Shown one piece after another: positions 13,925 through 24,472 of a DNA stretch of 64,000 nucleotides (position 1 is the first letter of the stretch; every line of letters starts with the position of its first letter). Position numbers and translations under genes: made by a program. The notes beneath the pieces are model-generated. The model was given only the letters and a program-made list of their open reading frames with translations, was not told the origin of the DNA and did no database searches. Location of the stretch: NCBI RefSeq assembly GCF_003790525.1, contig NZ_CP033635.1; one strand, given 5' to 3'. This stretch comes from Escherichia coli. Its GTDB lineage: Bacteria; Pseudomonadota; Gammaproteobacteria; Enterobacterales; Enterobacteriaceae.

Positions 13925-15192
13925 CTTGCACCTCCTGGCAGCCGTTGACCGATTCGGGCCAGCACCTGCTGTTTAAGACCCTCATCACGCAGTGCTTCCG
14001 TCAGTTCAGCAGCAAAGGCGTAAATGATCATCTGCTGGGCATCCTGCTGATTGATCCCGCGCGAGCGCAGATAGAACATCTGTTCATCATCAATACGCCC
14101 CACCGTCGCGCCGTGGCTGCATTTCACATCATCTGCATAGATTTCCAGCTGCGGTTTCGTATCCACTTCCGCCAGTTTGCCCATCAGCAGATTATTGTTG
14201 GTCATCTGACCATCCGTTTTGATGGCGTGCTGCGCGACGTTGATCAAACCGTTAAATACCGCGCGGCCTTTGTCGCTGACGATAGTTTTATGCAACTGTC
14301 GACTGTTACAAAAACCTTTATTGTGTTCCAGCCAGGTACGGGTATCACACACCTCGTTTTTCACCGGCATCGCCAGGCTATTGATCCGCAGCGTGCTGTT
14401 TTCGCCATTGAGTTGCGTACTGGTGTTGTGTCGTAACACTGCGCCACCCAGCAGGAAACTGTGGCTAAATGCGGTGGCATCGTCAGCCAGCAACAAATCG
14501 TTATGGGCAAAGTGGTGACTGACCGGGTTTTCAAACGCCAGCTTGATATGCTGCAAGTGGGCGTTCGCTGCGACGTTGATAGTGAACCGTGCGCCGGTGA
14601 AGTGACGAGCATCATTAAGGCTGACAAAATGTTCGATCACCGTTGCTTCGGCACCTTCCGCCAGATCCAGATGATGTCGGTAATGGGCAGTATTCACCTC
14701 TTCACCTGCCACGCCCTGGGTGATATGCATTAACAGCAATGGCTTTGCCGGTCGTTGACCGCGCTTCACGGCGATATGCGTCACGCTTTGCGCCAGGCTT
14801 TCCGTCAAATGCAGAAACACTTCCGCCTGAATAGCGTCGGGTAACCCCTGACGGTCGTCGTTAATGCTCACTTCATACCCGCTGCCTTCAGTCGCATCGC
14901 TCAGTGCTGACACGTAACGTCCATCGACAAACACCAGCCGCACGGCGTCTAACGTTAACGCTAAGGCATCTCGCTGCTGTGGGGATATCTCTCCCGCAAT
15001 GCTGACAAACCGGCTATTGGTCAGCCCTTCCAGCGGCGTATATTTCCAGTTTTCATGTTTACGTGTCGGCAGTCCGGTACGCAGCAATTGTTGTAAATGC
15101 TGCTGTGCTTGCGGGGAGCGTTTCGCCACTTCAGCTTCAAACAAATGATGCCACTGTTGCAGTGCGTTACTGCTGTTCGGTAAGCCAGCCAT
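13921..15192 (-). CDS. sufD: Fe-S cluster assembly protein SufD (423 aa)
   Basis: Operon position and length. Confidence 0.9.
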
Positions 15193-15913
15193 AACCCTGC
15201 TCCTCCAGTTGTTTGACCAACGTGAAATCGCCGGATTTCACAATTCGTCCCTGATACAGCACATGGACGTAATCAGGCTTGATGTAGTCGAGAATGCGTT
15301 GGTAGTGCGTAACAATGATGAATGAACGCTTGCCGTCACGCAGCGAATTCACGCCATCGGCAACCACTTTTAATGCGTCAATATCCAGCCCAGAGTCCGA
15401 CTCATCAAGAATGCATAACTCCGGTTCCAGCACCGCCATTTGCAAAATATCGTTGCGCTTTTTCTCGCCGCCGGAAAAACCAACGTTTACCGAACGGGTT
15501 AATAAATCCTCCGGCATCTTCAGGAGAGCGATTTTCTCTTCCATCAAATCCTGAAAATCAAAGCGGTCGAGCGTTTCCTGGCCGCGATAGCTGCGCACCG
15601 CATTAAGTGCCGTTTGCAGGAAAAACTGGTTACTGACGCCGGGAATTTCCACCGGATACTGGAAGGCCATAAAGATGCCTTCACCTGCACGATCTTCCGG
15701 CGACAGCGCAAGCAAATCTTTGCCTTTGAACTCAACCGTGCCGCCCGTCACCTCATAATCTTCTCGCCCGGCAAGCGTTGCCGATAAGGTACTTTTGCCA
15801 GAACCGTTTGGCCCCATAATGGCGTGAACTTCGCCGGGACGAACGTCGAGGCTTAATCCACGCAGGATAGCTTTATCTTCCACGCTGACGTGTAAATCTT
15901 TAATACTTAACAT
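15167..15913 (-). CDS. sufC: Fe-S assembly ATPase SufC (248 aa)
   Basis: ABC ATPase with Walker A GPNGSGKST and signature LSGGEKKR. Confidence 0.93.
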   Translation of the reverse strand: MLSIKDLHVSVEDKAILRGLSLDVRPGEVHAIMGPNGSGKSTLSATLAGREDYEVTGGTVEFKGKDLLALSPEDRAGEGIFMAFQYPVEIPGVSNQFFLQTALNAVRSYRGQETLDRFDFQDLMEEKIALLKMPEDLLTRSVNVGFSGGEKKRNDILQMAVLEPELCILDESDSGLDIDALKVVADGVNSLRDGKRSFIIVTHYQRILDYIKPDYVHVLYQGRIVKSGDFTLVKQLEEQGYGWLTEQQ

Positions 15914-15922
15914 GTTTATTCC

Positions 15923-17410
15923 TTATCCGACGCTGTGTTCAAGACTGATGGCGAGGAGTTTTTGTGCTTCAACGGCAAATTCCAGCGGCAGTTCTGAGAA
16001 CACGTCTTTGCAGAAACCGTTAACAATCATCGAGATGGCGTCTTCTTCGCTGATCCCGCGTTGCAGGCAGTAAAACAGTTGATCTTCACCAATACGTGAT
16101 GTCGTTGCCTCGTGCTCCAGTTGTGCGCTGTTATTGCGACATTCGACATACGGGAAGGTATGCGCCCCACAATTAGCGCCAATCAGCATTGAGTCGCACT
16201 GAGTGAAATTGCGCGCATTGGTTGCCGTCGGCATGATTTTCACTAAGCCGCGATAACTGTTCTGACTATGTCCGGCAGAGACCCCTTTCGAGATAATGGT
16301 CGATTTGGTGTTTTTACCGATGTGGATCATCTTGGTGCCGGTATCCGCTTGCTGATGACCGCTGGTCAGTGCCACTGAGTAAAACTCACCAATGGAGTTA
16401 TCGCCGCGCAAAATGCAACTGGGATATTTCCACGTAATCGCTGACCCGGTTTCTGATTGCGTCCATGACATTTTGCTGTTTTCGCCTTCGCACAAAGCAC
16501 GCTTGGTGACGAAGTTGAGAATACCGCCGGTGTTGTTATCGCCAGGGAACCAGTTTTGTACCGTGGAATATTTCACCTCGGCGTTTTTATGGATGATGAC
16601 TTCAACCACCGCCGCGTGTAACTGATAGCTGTCACGCACCGGAGCGGAACAGCCTTCAATGTAGCTGACATAGCTGTCTTCGTCGGCCACCAGAATGGTG
16701 CGCTCAAACTGCCCTGTTTTTTCCGCGTTAATGCGAAAATAGGTGGAAAGTTCCATCGGGCAGCGCACGCCTTTAGGCACATAAATAAACGTTCCGTCAG
16801 AGGCTACCGCCGCATTAAGTGCGGCAAAGAAGTTGTCATTCCCCGGCACCACGGTGCCGAGATATTTACGCACAAGTTCCGGGTGATCGTGGATCGCCTC
16901 GCCAAAGGAACAGAAAATAATTCCCTGCTCCGCCAGTTTTTCACGATAAGTGGTGGCAACCGAAACAGAGTCGAAAATGGCATCCACCGCCACCTCTTTG
17001 CCTTCCCGCACGGGAACGCCCAACTGCTCAAACGCCGCCTCCACCTCTTTACTTAAAAAGGCGTTCGCACCAGTTTGCTGCACCGCGCCGGGTTCAGACG
17101 CGCAGTTGTCGTCACAATTACCGCACGATGGTGCTGAGTAGTAGCTGTAATCCTGATAATTCAGCTTGTCGTAGTGCGCTTTCAACCAGTGCGGTTCTTC
17201 CATCTCCAGCCATGCGCGATAGGCGTTGAGACGAAACTCCAGCATCCACTCCGGCTCATTACGCTTCGCCGAAATTGCGCGCACCACCTCTTCGTTTATC
17301 CCCTTTGCCAGCTCATCGGTGGCTAACTGGGTGAAGAATCCTTCTTTATAATTCAGCGGGCCGCCGGTCCAGGTTTTGACATCGTCAGTTGCTTCAGTAT
17401 TACGAGACAT
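15923..17410 (-). CDS. sufB: Fe-S cluster scaffold SufB (495 aa)
   Basis: Known protein begins [10 protein letters not shown]; the ORF track's 17449 start is an upstream extension. Confidence 0.92.
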   Translation of the reverse strand: MSRNTEATDDVKTWTGGPLNYKEGFFTQLATDELAKGINEEVVRAISAKRNEPEWMLEFRLNAYRAWLEMEEPHWLKAHYDKLNYQDYSYYSAPSCGNCDDNCASEPGAVQQTGANAFLSKEVEAAFEQLGVPVREGKEVAVDAIFDSVSVATTYREKLAEQGIIFCSFGEAIHDHPELVRKYLGTVVPGNDNFFAALNAAVASDGTFIYVPKGVRCPMELSTYFRINAEKTGQFERTILVADEDSYVSYIEGCSAPVRDSYQLHAAVVEVIIHKNAEVKYSTVQNWFPGDNNTGGILNFVTKRALCEGENSKMSWTQSETGSAITWKYPSCILRGDNSIGEFYSVALTSGHQQADTGTKMIHIGKNTKSTIISKGVSAGHSQNSYRGLVKIMPTATNARNFTQCDSMLIGANCGAHTFPYVECRNNSAQLEHEATTSRIGEDQLFYCLQRGISEEDAISMIVNGFCKDVFSELPLEFAVEAQKLLAISLEHSVG

Positions 17411-17418
17411 AGTACCGC

Positions 17419-17787
17419 CTATACCCCAAAGCTTTCGCCACAGCCACATTCATTCTGGGCTTTAGGGTTGTGAAATTTGAATATCTGATTAAGTCCTTCA
17501 CGAACGAAATCGACTTCCGTGCCATCAATAAACGGCATCGCTTGCAGCGGGACAAACAGCTTCGCACCGTCGTGTTCAAACAGCAGATCGTCTTTGTCCG
17601 GCTCGCTAACACTGTCGAGCACATAGCCAAAGCCCGCGCAGCCCGTTTGCTTCACGCCTAAGCGCACGCCGACCATACCCGGCTGCTTTGCCACCAGCTC
17701 GCGGATGTGGACAGCGGCTGCGGGTGTCAGCGTTAAGCCCTGCCAGGCGAAATCCTGTGGATTAAAGGTTCCTGAATGCATGTCCAT
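17419..17787 (-). CDS. sufA: Fe-S cluster A-type carrier SufA (122 aa)
   Basis: C-terminal CGCGESF motif; first gene of sufABCDSE. Confidence 0.92.
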   Translation of the reverse strand: MDMHSGTFNPQDFAWQGLTLTPAAAVHIRELVAKQPGMVGVRLGVKQTGCAGFGYVLDSVSEPDKDDLLFEHDGAKLFVPLQAMPFIDGTEVDFVREGLNQIFKFHNPKAQNECGCGESFGV

Positions 17788-17830
17788 CGATTTACCTCAC
17801 TTCATCGCTTTCAGCGTATAACAGCATGTT

Positions 17831-17850
17831 AGTGATAATGATTATCAGTT
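17831..17850. promoter_or_regulatory. Fur-box-like sequence in the sufA promoter
   Basis: GTGATAATGATTATCAG resembles GATAATGATAATCATTATC; a second palindromic Fur-like element AGATAATGATTATTATCT lies at about 17965..17985. Confidence 0.5.
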
Positions 17851-18064
17851 CAACCCAGCAAACGCAGGGGCTTTACCGTAAAACATGCTTTTTTCCTGCT
17901 TTTAATAAGCATAGACCCTGATGTGTGGGTTAACAGGCACGCTAAGAATTAGGTATCTCATTGTTAGATAATGATTATTATCTAAGGAGCATTAAGGCTG
18001 TGATGAAAAAGAAAAAGTTGTATTGAAAATGACTATTTAAGAGATAGGTAAAAAAGTGCAGCGT

Positions 18065-18135
18065 TCAGAAATAAGAAAACCCTTAAGTCTGTGCGACACA
18101 GGCTTAAGGGTTTCTACCCCATCCGGCGCTTATCT
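18065..18135 (-). ncRNA. rydB: Probable sRNA RydB with its rho-independent terminator
   Basis: Minus-strand hairpin CCCTTAAGCCTGTG/CACAGACTTAAGGG at about 18081..18112 followed by a U-run; in K-12 rydB lies between sufA and ydiH. Boundaries are approximate. Confidence 0.35.
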
Positions 18136-18335
18136 CCGGCACTCTCAGTGGCTTAGCTCTTGAAGGGGCGATAAGAATAATCTCATAAAGCTAACCCGCC
18201 GTTTTAACACAAACTGCGATTAGTATTATTTTTGAACAATATCAGGCGGGTAGATAAGCAGTATTAAGAAGGCCATCGAACCTGGACGGAGATTAATCCA
18301 GGTCGATATGGCGAACTTGCGGCATTAAGTCAGGA

Positions 18336-18524
18336 TCAATGCACGCCCAGACGCCAGGCAAAGTAGATTTCTTCTTTTAATTCAGCAGAAGAGAGAGTAA
18401 GCAGGTCAGCAAATTCAAGTTCTAGTTGTTTCAGACGTTTGAGATATTGGGCAGGTGAAAGATTGCTCTGGTCACGGCGTAAAAATTCAATGGCCAGCTG
18501 GGTGGGATCAAGTTGAGTAGACAT
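18336..18524 (-). CDS. ydiH: Uncharacterised small protein YdiH (62 aa)
   Basis: Known protein begins MSTQLDPTQLAIEFL; the ORF track's 18605 start is an upstream extension. Confidence 0.8.
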   Translation of the reverse strand: MSTQLDPTQLAIEFLRRDQSNLSPAQYLKRLKQLELEFADLLTLSSAELKEEIYFAWRLGVH

Positions 18525-18623
18525 AGCATCCTCGCTTTTAGACAAGACCTGCACAGTATACCACCGTTTACTGTGCAGATAATGACCAAAAGCAATATGC
18601 GTCACACTTTTCTGGTGACAACG

Positions 18624-19034
18624 TCACAAAATGGCGGTCGTCAATCGTGACGAACAGCACAAACGCCCTTTCTCATCGAAGATTTCAATCTGCCAGACCT
18701 GGTGACGCGAACCGAGATGCAACGGTTTGCATACGCCGCGCACCCGCCCTTCTCGTGCCGAGCGGACGTGGTTAGCATTGATTTCCAGACCAACCACCTT
18801 TTGCTCACCTTCGGTACATAAATAACCGGCAACGGAACCGATACTTTCGGCCAGCACCACAGACGCGCCTCCATGCAGCAACCCGAAAGGCTGCTTTGTC
18901 CGGGAGTCTACTGGCATTGTCGCTTCAAGGGTGTCATCACCAATATGTTCAAAGCGAATATCCAGCAACCCCACCATGTTTCCTTCACCCATAGCATTCA
19001 ATGCTTCCAGGGTGATTTTTCGTTTCCATATCAT
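18624..19034 (-). CDS. menI: 1,4-dihydroxy-2-naphthoyl-CoA hydrolase MenI (YdiI, 136 aa)
   Basis: Hotdog-fold thioesterase length and position; overlaps the ydiJ stop by 4 nt. Confidence 0.88.
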   Translation of the reverse strand: MIWKRKITLEALNAMGEGNMVGLLDIRFEHIGDDTLEATMPVDSRTKQPFGLLHGGASVVLAESIGSVAGYLCTEGEQKVVGLEINANHVRSAREGRVRGVCKPLHLGSRHQVWQIEIFDEKGRLCCSSRLTTAIL

Positions 19035-22000
19035 TTAATAATCTCCAGTAAAGCCTGCACAGGATGGCGTACCCCCGTGCCTTCGACCCGTTTTACCTGG
19101 CTACGGCAGGAATATCCGGTCGCCAGACAGCGATTACGCGGCAGTCGCTGCATCGCCTGATGCCAGGATAACTCATAGATCCCGAGCGAATTTTTATGGT
19201 TTTTCGCTTCATGTCCGTAAGTCCCTGCCATGCCGCAGCAACCCACGCTGACATTTTCCAGTTTCGCGCCAAAACGGGCAAATATCGCGGCCCATTGTGC
19301 TGGCGCGCCCGGCAAAGCGGTAACTTCGGTACAGTGACCAAAGAAATACCATGATTCACCGCTGACTGTAGCCACTGGCTGTGAGTCAAGTGCGCTTGCC
19401 AGCCATTCATTCGCCAGTAAGACGTTAAACTCGCCACGTTCATCGCCCAGCGCCAGTTTATATTCATCGCGATAACAAAGTACCAGCGCCGGATCGACGC
19501 CCACCATTGGCATCCCCAGCTTCGCCATACGGTTGAGGAAATCCGCCGTCTTTTTCGCCGTCTTCGCAAAACGATTAAGAAAGCCTTTGATATGCTGGGC
19601 TTTGCCATTTGGCGAAAATGGCAGTAACACAGGCTGGAAACCTAATTTTTCAACCAGACGGACAAAATCCGCCACCACTTGCGCATCGTAATAGCTGGTA
19701 AAGGGGTCCTGCACCACCAACACCGTGCGCGCTTTCTGCTCTGTATTGAGAGCTTCAAGCTGTTCCAGCGTCATATTCGCCGAGCGATGCCCCACCATTT
19801 GTTGTTGTAGCGAGGGGACTGACAGCAGTGGCAAATCAACCATGCCGATATGTTTTTCCGAGAGTTTGCGCACCAGCGGCTGGTTAATGAAGAAGTTAAA
19901 GGTTTTCGGCGCGCGTGCCATCAGCGGTGCGTAGCTCTCGACCGTAGCAACGAGGTGGTCACGAAGCGGGCGTAAATAACGGGTGTGATAGAGCTGCAGA
20001 AAACGAGAACGAAACTCCGGCACATCAATTTTGATGGGGCACTGGGTCGAACACGCTTTACAGGCCAGACAGCCCGACATAGCCTCTTTGACTTCGTGTG
20101 AGAAGTCGTATTCGCCTTTATTCGCATGCCAGCTATTGCGCGTGCGGGCAATTAACGTCCGTAAACTGACGCCGGATTCAGGCAGTTCTTGTTCCAGTTT
20201 GAGTGGGTCAACGCCGCGATCCGCCAACAAGCGCAGCCATTCACGCACCAGCGTTGCGCGCCCTTTCGGTGAATGAATCCGGTTCTGGGTGATCTTCATC
20301 GACGGACACATCGGACTACGGGCATCAAAGTTGAAGCATAAACCGTTGCCGTTACACTCCATCGCACCGCGCCACTGCTGGCGTACCGCAATGGGGATCT
20401 GCCGATCAAATGTACCGCGCTTCACCGCGTCCACTTTCATCATCGGCGCATCGAGACCTTCTGGCGGGCAAATCTTCCCTGGGTTGAGTCGGTTATGCGG
20501 GTCAAATGCCGCTTTCACTTTGCGCAGTTCTGCAAAAAGTTCCTCACCGAAAAACGCCGGGCTGTATTCAGCGCGAAAACCTTTGCCGTGCTCGCCCCAC
20601 AACAAACCACCGTATTTCGCAGTCAGCGCCACCACGTCATCAGAGATTTGCTTCATCAAAATCTCTTGTTGTGGATCGCACATATCCAGTGCCGGACGGA
20701 CGTGCAAGACACCTGCGTCGACGTGACCGAACATACCGTAGCTTAAGCCGTGGCTGTCGAGCAGCGCGCGAAATTCAGCAATATAATCGGCCAGATGTTC
20801 CGGCGGTACGCAGGTATCCTCAGCAAACGGAATTGGCTTAGCGGCACCTTTGGCATTGCCAAGCAGACCAACGGCTTTTTTGCGCATCGCATAGATACGT
20901 TCAACGCCCGCCAGTTCGCGGCACACCTGCCAGCCAATCACACCTGCCTGTTGGCTGGCAATCAGCTCATCAAGCCGCACACAGAGTGCATTAACTCGCT
21001 CGTCAATCAGCGCCTCATCATCACCAGCAAATTCCACAATGTTCAGCCCGAGCATTTCTTTGTCAGGTACATCGGTAATCAACTCGCTGACGGAATGCCA
21101 GACAATATCTTCCCGCGCCAGATTCAGCACTTTTGAGTCCACCGTCTCTACCGAAAGCGCCCGCGCCTCAACCATAAACGGCGCGTTACGCAGCGCGGAG
21201 TCAAAAGAGTCATATTTGACGTTCACCAGACGCCGCACTTTAGGCAAGCGCGTAATATCCAGCCGCGCTTCGGTAATAAAGGCCAGCGTCCCTTCTGAAC
21301 CCGTCAGAATGCGCGTCAGATCGAACTCGGTCATCTCATCGTTAAAGACATGACGCAGATCGTAACCGGTAAGAAAGCGGTTAAGTTTGGGGAAGTTGTT
21401 GATGATTAACTGGCGTTGCTGACGGCAACGTTGATAAACCGTGTTATAAATTCGCCCGATTGTGGTATTGGATTTACCCAGCGTTTCCGCCAGTTCGACG
21501 GGTAAAGGTTGCGTATCGAGAATATCGCCCCCCAACAACACCGCGCGTACGCCAAGTACGTGATCTGACGTTTTGCCATAGACCAGCGATCCCTGACCGG
21601 ATGCATCGGTATTGATCATCCCGCCGAGCGTTGCCCGGTTGCTGGTCGAAAGCTCCGGCGCAAAAAAGTAGCCGAACGGTTTCAGGTACTGATTGAGTTG
21701 GTCTTTTATCACCCCGGCCTCAACGCGCACCCAGCCCTCTGCAGGGTTAATTTCGATGATGCGGTTCATATGGCGGGACATATCAACAATAATCCCCTGG
21801 TTGAGCGCCTGACCGTTAGTGCCGGTGCCGCCGCCGCGGGGGGTAAAGATCAACGATGAATAGCGTTCCTGCGCGGCAAGACGGGCGATCAGCGCTACAT
21901 CTGCGGTTGAACGCGGAAATACCACCGCATCGGGGAGAAGTTGGTAAATACTGTTGTCGGTCGACATTGTCAGACGATCGGCATAACTTGTCGCCGTATC

Positions 22001-22087
22001 GCCAGTAAAACCCTGTTGCTCCAGCTCTTGCAAAAAATTAAGCACCAATTGAACGACGCCAGGTGCCTGGGAAATCTGTGGAATCAT
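19031..22087 (-). CDS. ydiJ: FAD-linked oxidoreductase with C-terminal Fe-S domain, YdiJ (1018 aa)
   Basis: Known protein begins MIPQISQAPGVV; the ORF track's 22159 start is an upstream extension. Confidence 0.88.
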   Translation of the reverse strand: MIPQISQAPGVVQLVLNFLQELEQQGFTGDTATSYADRLTMSTDNSIYQLLPDAVVFPRSTADVALIARLAAQERYSSLIFTPRGGGTGTNGQALNQGIIVDMSRHMNRIIEINPAEGWVRVEAGVIKDQLNQYLKPFGYFFAPELSTSNRATLGGMINTDASGQGSLVYGKTSDHVLGVRAVLLGGDILDTQPLPVELAETLGKSNTTIGRIYNTVYQRCRQQRQLIINNFPKLNRFLTGYDLRHVFNDEMTEFDLTRILTGSEGTLAFITEARLDITRLPKVRRLVNVKYDSFDSALRNAPFMVEARALSVETVDSKVLNLAREDIVWHSVSELITDVPDKEMLGLNIVEFAGDDEALIDERVNALCVRLDELIASQQAGVIGWQVCRELAGVERIYAMRKKAVGLLGNAKGAAKPIPFAEDTCVPPEHLADYIAEFRALLDSHGLSYGMFGHVDAGVLHVRPALDMCDPQQEILMKQISDDVVALTAKYGGLLWGEHGKGFRAEYSPAFFGEELFAELRKVKAAFDPHNRLNPGKICPPEGLDAPMMKVDAVKRGTFDRQIPIAVRQQWRGAMECNGNGLCFNFDARSPMCPSMKITQNRIHSPKGRATLVREWLRLLADRGVDPLKLEQELPESGVSLRTLIARTRNSWHANKGEYDFSHEVKEAMSGCLACKACSTQCPIKIDVPEFRSRFLQLYHTRYLRPLRDHLVATVESYAPLMARAPKTFNFFINQPLVRKLSEKHIGMVDLPLLSVPSLQQQMVGHRSANMTLEQLEALNTEQKARTVLVVQDPFTSYYDAQVVADFVRLVEKLGFQPVLLPFSPNGKAQHIKGFLNRFAKTAKKTADFLNRMAKLGMPMVGVDPALVLCYRDEYKLALGDERGEFNVLLANEWLASALDSQPVATVSGESWYFFGHCTEVTALPGAPAQWAAIFARFGAKLENVSVGCCGMAGTYGHEAKNHKNSLGIYELSWHQAMQRLPRNRCLATGYSCRSQVKRVEGTGVRHPVQALLEIIK

Positions 22088-22475
22088 TATATTGACCCTT
22101 TCCTGCGGTCTGTGATGTAGGTCGATACACTGTTCTTTCAGGCTGCTGCAATAGCGCACTGAAAGGTGATGTTTGTTTACTCTATGGATTTCGTGTTGCA
22201 GGAAGGCGGCAAGCGAGTGAACTCCAGGAGCTTACAATAGTAAGTGACTGGGGTGAACGAACGTAGCCGCAGCACATGCAATTTGAAATACGACGAGTAA
22301 ATCGTTTGCGTGTTGCCTGAGTTGTTGTACCACATTTTTTTCTAACACGCCCATCAGAATTAAGGGCAGAATCGGCCTGTTAAAAACCGCTGAAATTGCT
22401 CATCATTATGCAGGTGAGTTTCGCGTGTTCACGTCGCGTCGACGATTTGACGCACAAAAAAGGTGAAAAGTAGTT

Positions 22476-23588
22476 ATGGTAAATGTTCGTCAGCCCAGGG
22501 ATGTCGCACAAATTCTGCTTTCGGTGCTCTTTTTAGCCATCATGATTGTGGCATGTCTGTGGATTGTACAACCCTTTATTCTCGGCTTTGCATGGGCTGG
22601 TACGGTGGTTATCGCCACCTGGCCGGTATTGTTACGTTTGCAAAAGTTCATGTTTGGTCGCCGCTCTCTCGCCGTTCTGGTGATGACGCTGTTATTAGTG
22701 ATGGTGTTTATCATCCCTATTGCCTTGCTGGTTAACAGTATCGTCGACGGCAGCGGCCCGCTAATTAAAGCCATTTCCAGCGGTGACATGACGTTACCCG
22801 ATCTGGCGTGGCTTAATACCATTCCGGTGATTGGCGCGAAGCTATATGCAGGCTGGCACAACTTGCTGGATATGGGGGGGACGGCGATCATGGCAAAAGT
22901 CCGTCCTTATATTGGCACCACCACCACCTGGTTCGTTGGGCAGGCGGCGCATATCGGGCGCTTTATGGTGCATTGTGCGCTGATGCTTCTCTTCAGCGCC
23001 CTGCTGTACTGGCGCGGTGAACAGGTGGCACAAGGCATTCGCCATTTTGCAACCCGTCTGGCAGGCGTTCGTGGAGATGCCGCCGTGCTGCTGGCGGCAC
23101 AGGCTATCCGCGCGGTGGCGCTGGGTGTTGTGGTGACAGCGTTAGTACAGGCAGTGCTTGGCGGTATCGGCCTCGCCGTATCCGGCGTACCTTATGCAAC
23201 TTTGCTCACGGTGTTAATGATCCTCTCCTGCCTTGTCCAGCTTGGACCGTTGCCGGTACTGATTCCGGCGATTATCTGGCTCTACTGGACTGGCGATACC
23301 ACCTGGGGAACGGTATTGTTAGTGTGGAGCGGTGTGGTTGGCACGCTGGATAACGTCATCCGCCCAATGTTAATTCGCATGGGTGCCGATTTACCGCTGA
23401 TCCTGATTCTCTCTGGCGTTATTGGTGGTTTGATTGCTTTCGGGATGATCGGCCTGTTTATTGGTCCGGTTCTGTTAGCCGTTTCCTGGCGTCTTTTTGC
23501 CGCGTGGGTGGAAGAAGTCCCACCGCCGACGGACCAACCGGAAGAAATTCTCGAAGAACTTGGCGAAATCGAGAAATCGAATAAGTAA
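22476..23588 (+). CDS. ydiK: AI-2E-family inner membrane transporter YdiK (370 aa)
   Basis: Polytopic membrane protein at the K-12 position. Confidence 0.85.
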   Translation: MVNVRQPRDVAQILLSVLFLAIMIVACLWIVQPFILGFAWAGTVVIATWPVLLRLQKFMFGRRSLAVLVMTLLLVMVFIIPIALLVNSIVDGSGPLIKAISSGDMTLPDLAWLNTIPVIGAKLYAGWHNLLDMGGTAIMAKVRPYIGTTTTWFVGQAAHIGRFMVHCALMLLFSALLYWRGEQVAQGIRHFATRLAGVRGDAAVLLAAQAIRAVALGVVVTALVQAVLGGIGLAVSGVPYATLLTVLMILSCLVQLGPLPVLIPAIIWLYWTGDTTWGTVLLVWSGVVGTLDNVIRPMLIRMGADLPLILILSGVIGGLIAFGMIGLFIGPVLLAVSWRLFAAWVEEVPPPTDQPEEILEELGEIEKSNK

Positions 23589-23773
23589 TTTCTCATCAGG
23601 CGGCTCTGCCGCCTGATTGTTAACCCCTGCTAATTGATATTTGCTTGCTCTTCCCCATATTTTCCTGCTTACCGCCATTCAGCTGGTAGTACCTGTCGCA
23701 AATTCTTTACAGTTTTTAAACTAATGAGACGAATCTGATCGACGCAAAAAGTCCGTATGCCTACTATTAGCTC

Positions 23774-23878
23774 ACGGTTATAAATCAACATATTGATTTA
23801 TAAGCATGGAAATCCCCTGAGTGAAACAACGAATTGCTGTGTGTAGTCTTTGCCCATCTCCCACGATGGGCTTTTTTT
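23774..23878 (+). ncRNA. rprA: Small regulatory RNA RprA
   Basis: Sequence from ACGGTTATAAATCAACATATTGATTTATAAGCATGGAAATCCCCTGAGTG to the terminator GCCCATCTCCCACGATGGGC plus T-run matches RprA as I recall it. Confidence 0.85.
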
Positions 23879-24016
23879 TAACATTTTTCCGCTTCGCCAC
23901 CTCGCCCCTCACGCTTTCCAATAATGTTGCACAAGATACTGTGACTCTCTTCAAGCCGTCAGCAGGCTGATAATGTTATTTATATTTTATTGTTTATTTC
24001 ATGCAGCCATTACACG

Positions 24017-24373
24017 ATGAACGCTTATGAACTCCAGGCACTTCGCCATATTTTTGCCATGACTATTGATGAATGCGCGACCTGGATTGCCCAGACCGGT
24101 GACAGTGAAAGCTGGCGTCAGTGGGAAAATGGCAAATGCGCCATTCCTGATTGTGTAGTCGAGCAACTGTTGGCTATGCGTCAGCAACGAAAAAAACATC
24201 TTCATGCCATCATAGAGAAAATAAATAACCGCATCGGCAACAACACCATGCGTTTTTTCCCCGACTTAACCGCGTTTCAACAAGTCTACCCTGATGGCAA
24301 TTTTATTGACTGGAAGATCTATCAATCGGTAGCCGCTGAATTATATGCACACGATCTGGAGCGGCTTTGTTAA
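24017..24373 (+). CDS. ydiL: Uncharacterised protein YdiL (118 aa)
   Basis: Known protein begins MNAYELQALRHIF; the ORF track's 23990 start is an upstream extension. Confidence 0.8.
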   Translation: MNAYELQALRHIFAMTIDECATWIAQTGDSESWRQWENGKCAIPDCVVEQLLAMRQQRKKHLHAIIEKINNRIGNNTMRFFPDLTAFQQVYPDGNFIDWKIYQSVAAELYAHDLERLC

Positions 24374-24472
24374 TTTCCCCACAGAAAGGAATTGTCGTTG
24401 TTACAACAATAATGAACGGATACTGACACAACATCGCTACACTTTTTAAAGCACCTTTGCTAAGTAGAACCT

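Noticed and set aside
13696-14436. 246-aa plus-strand ORF within sufS and sufD
   Set aside because: Antisense to the suf operon; the Arg/Pro-rich translation is typical of a spurious frame.
23700-23773. RcsB box upstream of rprA
   Set aside because: The rprA promoter is known to be Rcs-regulated, but I could not identify a clear match to the RcsB consensus by eye.
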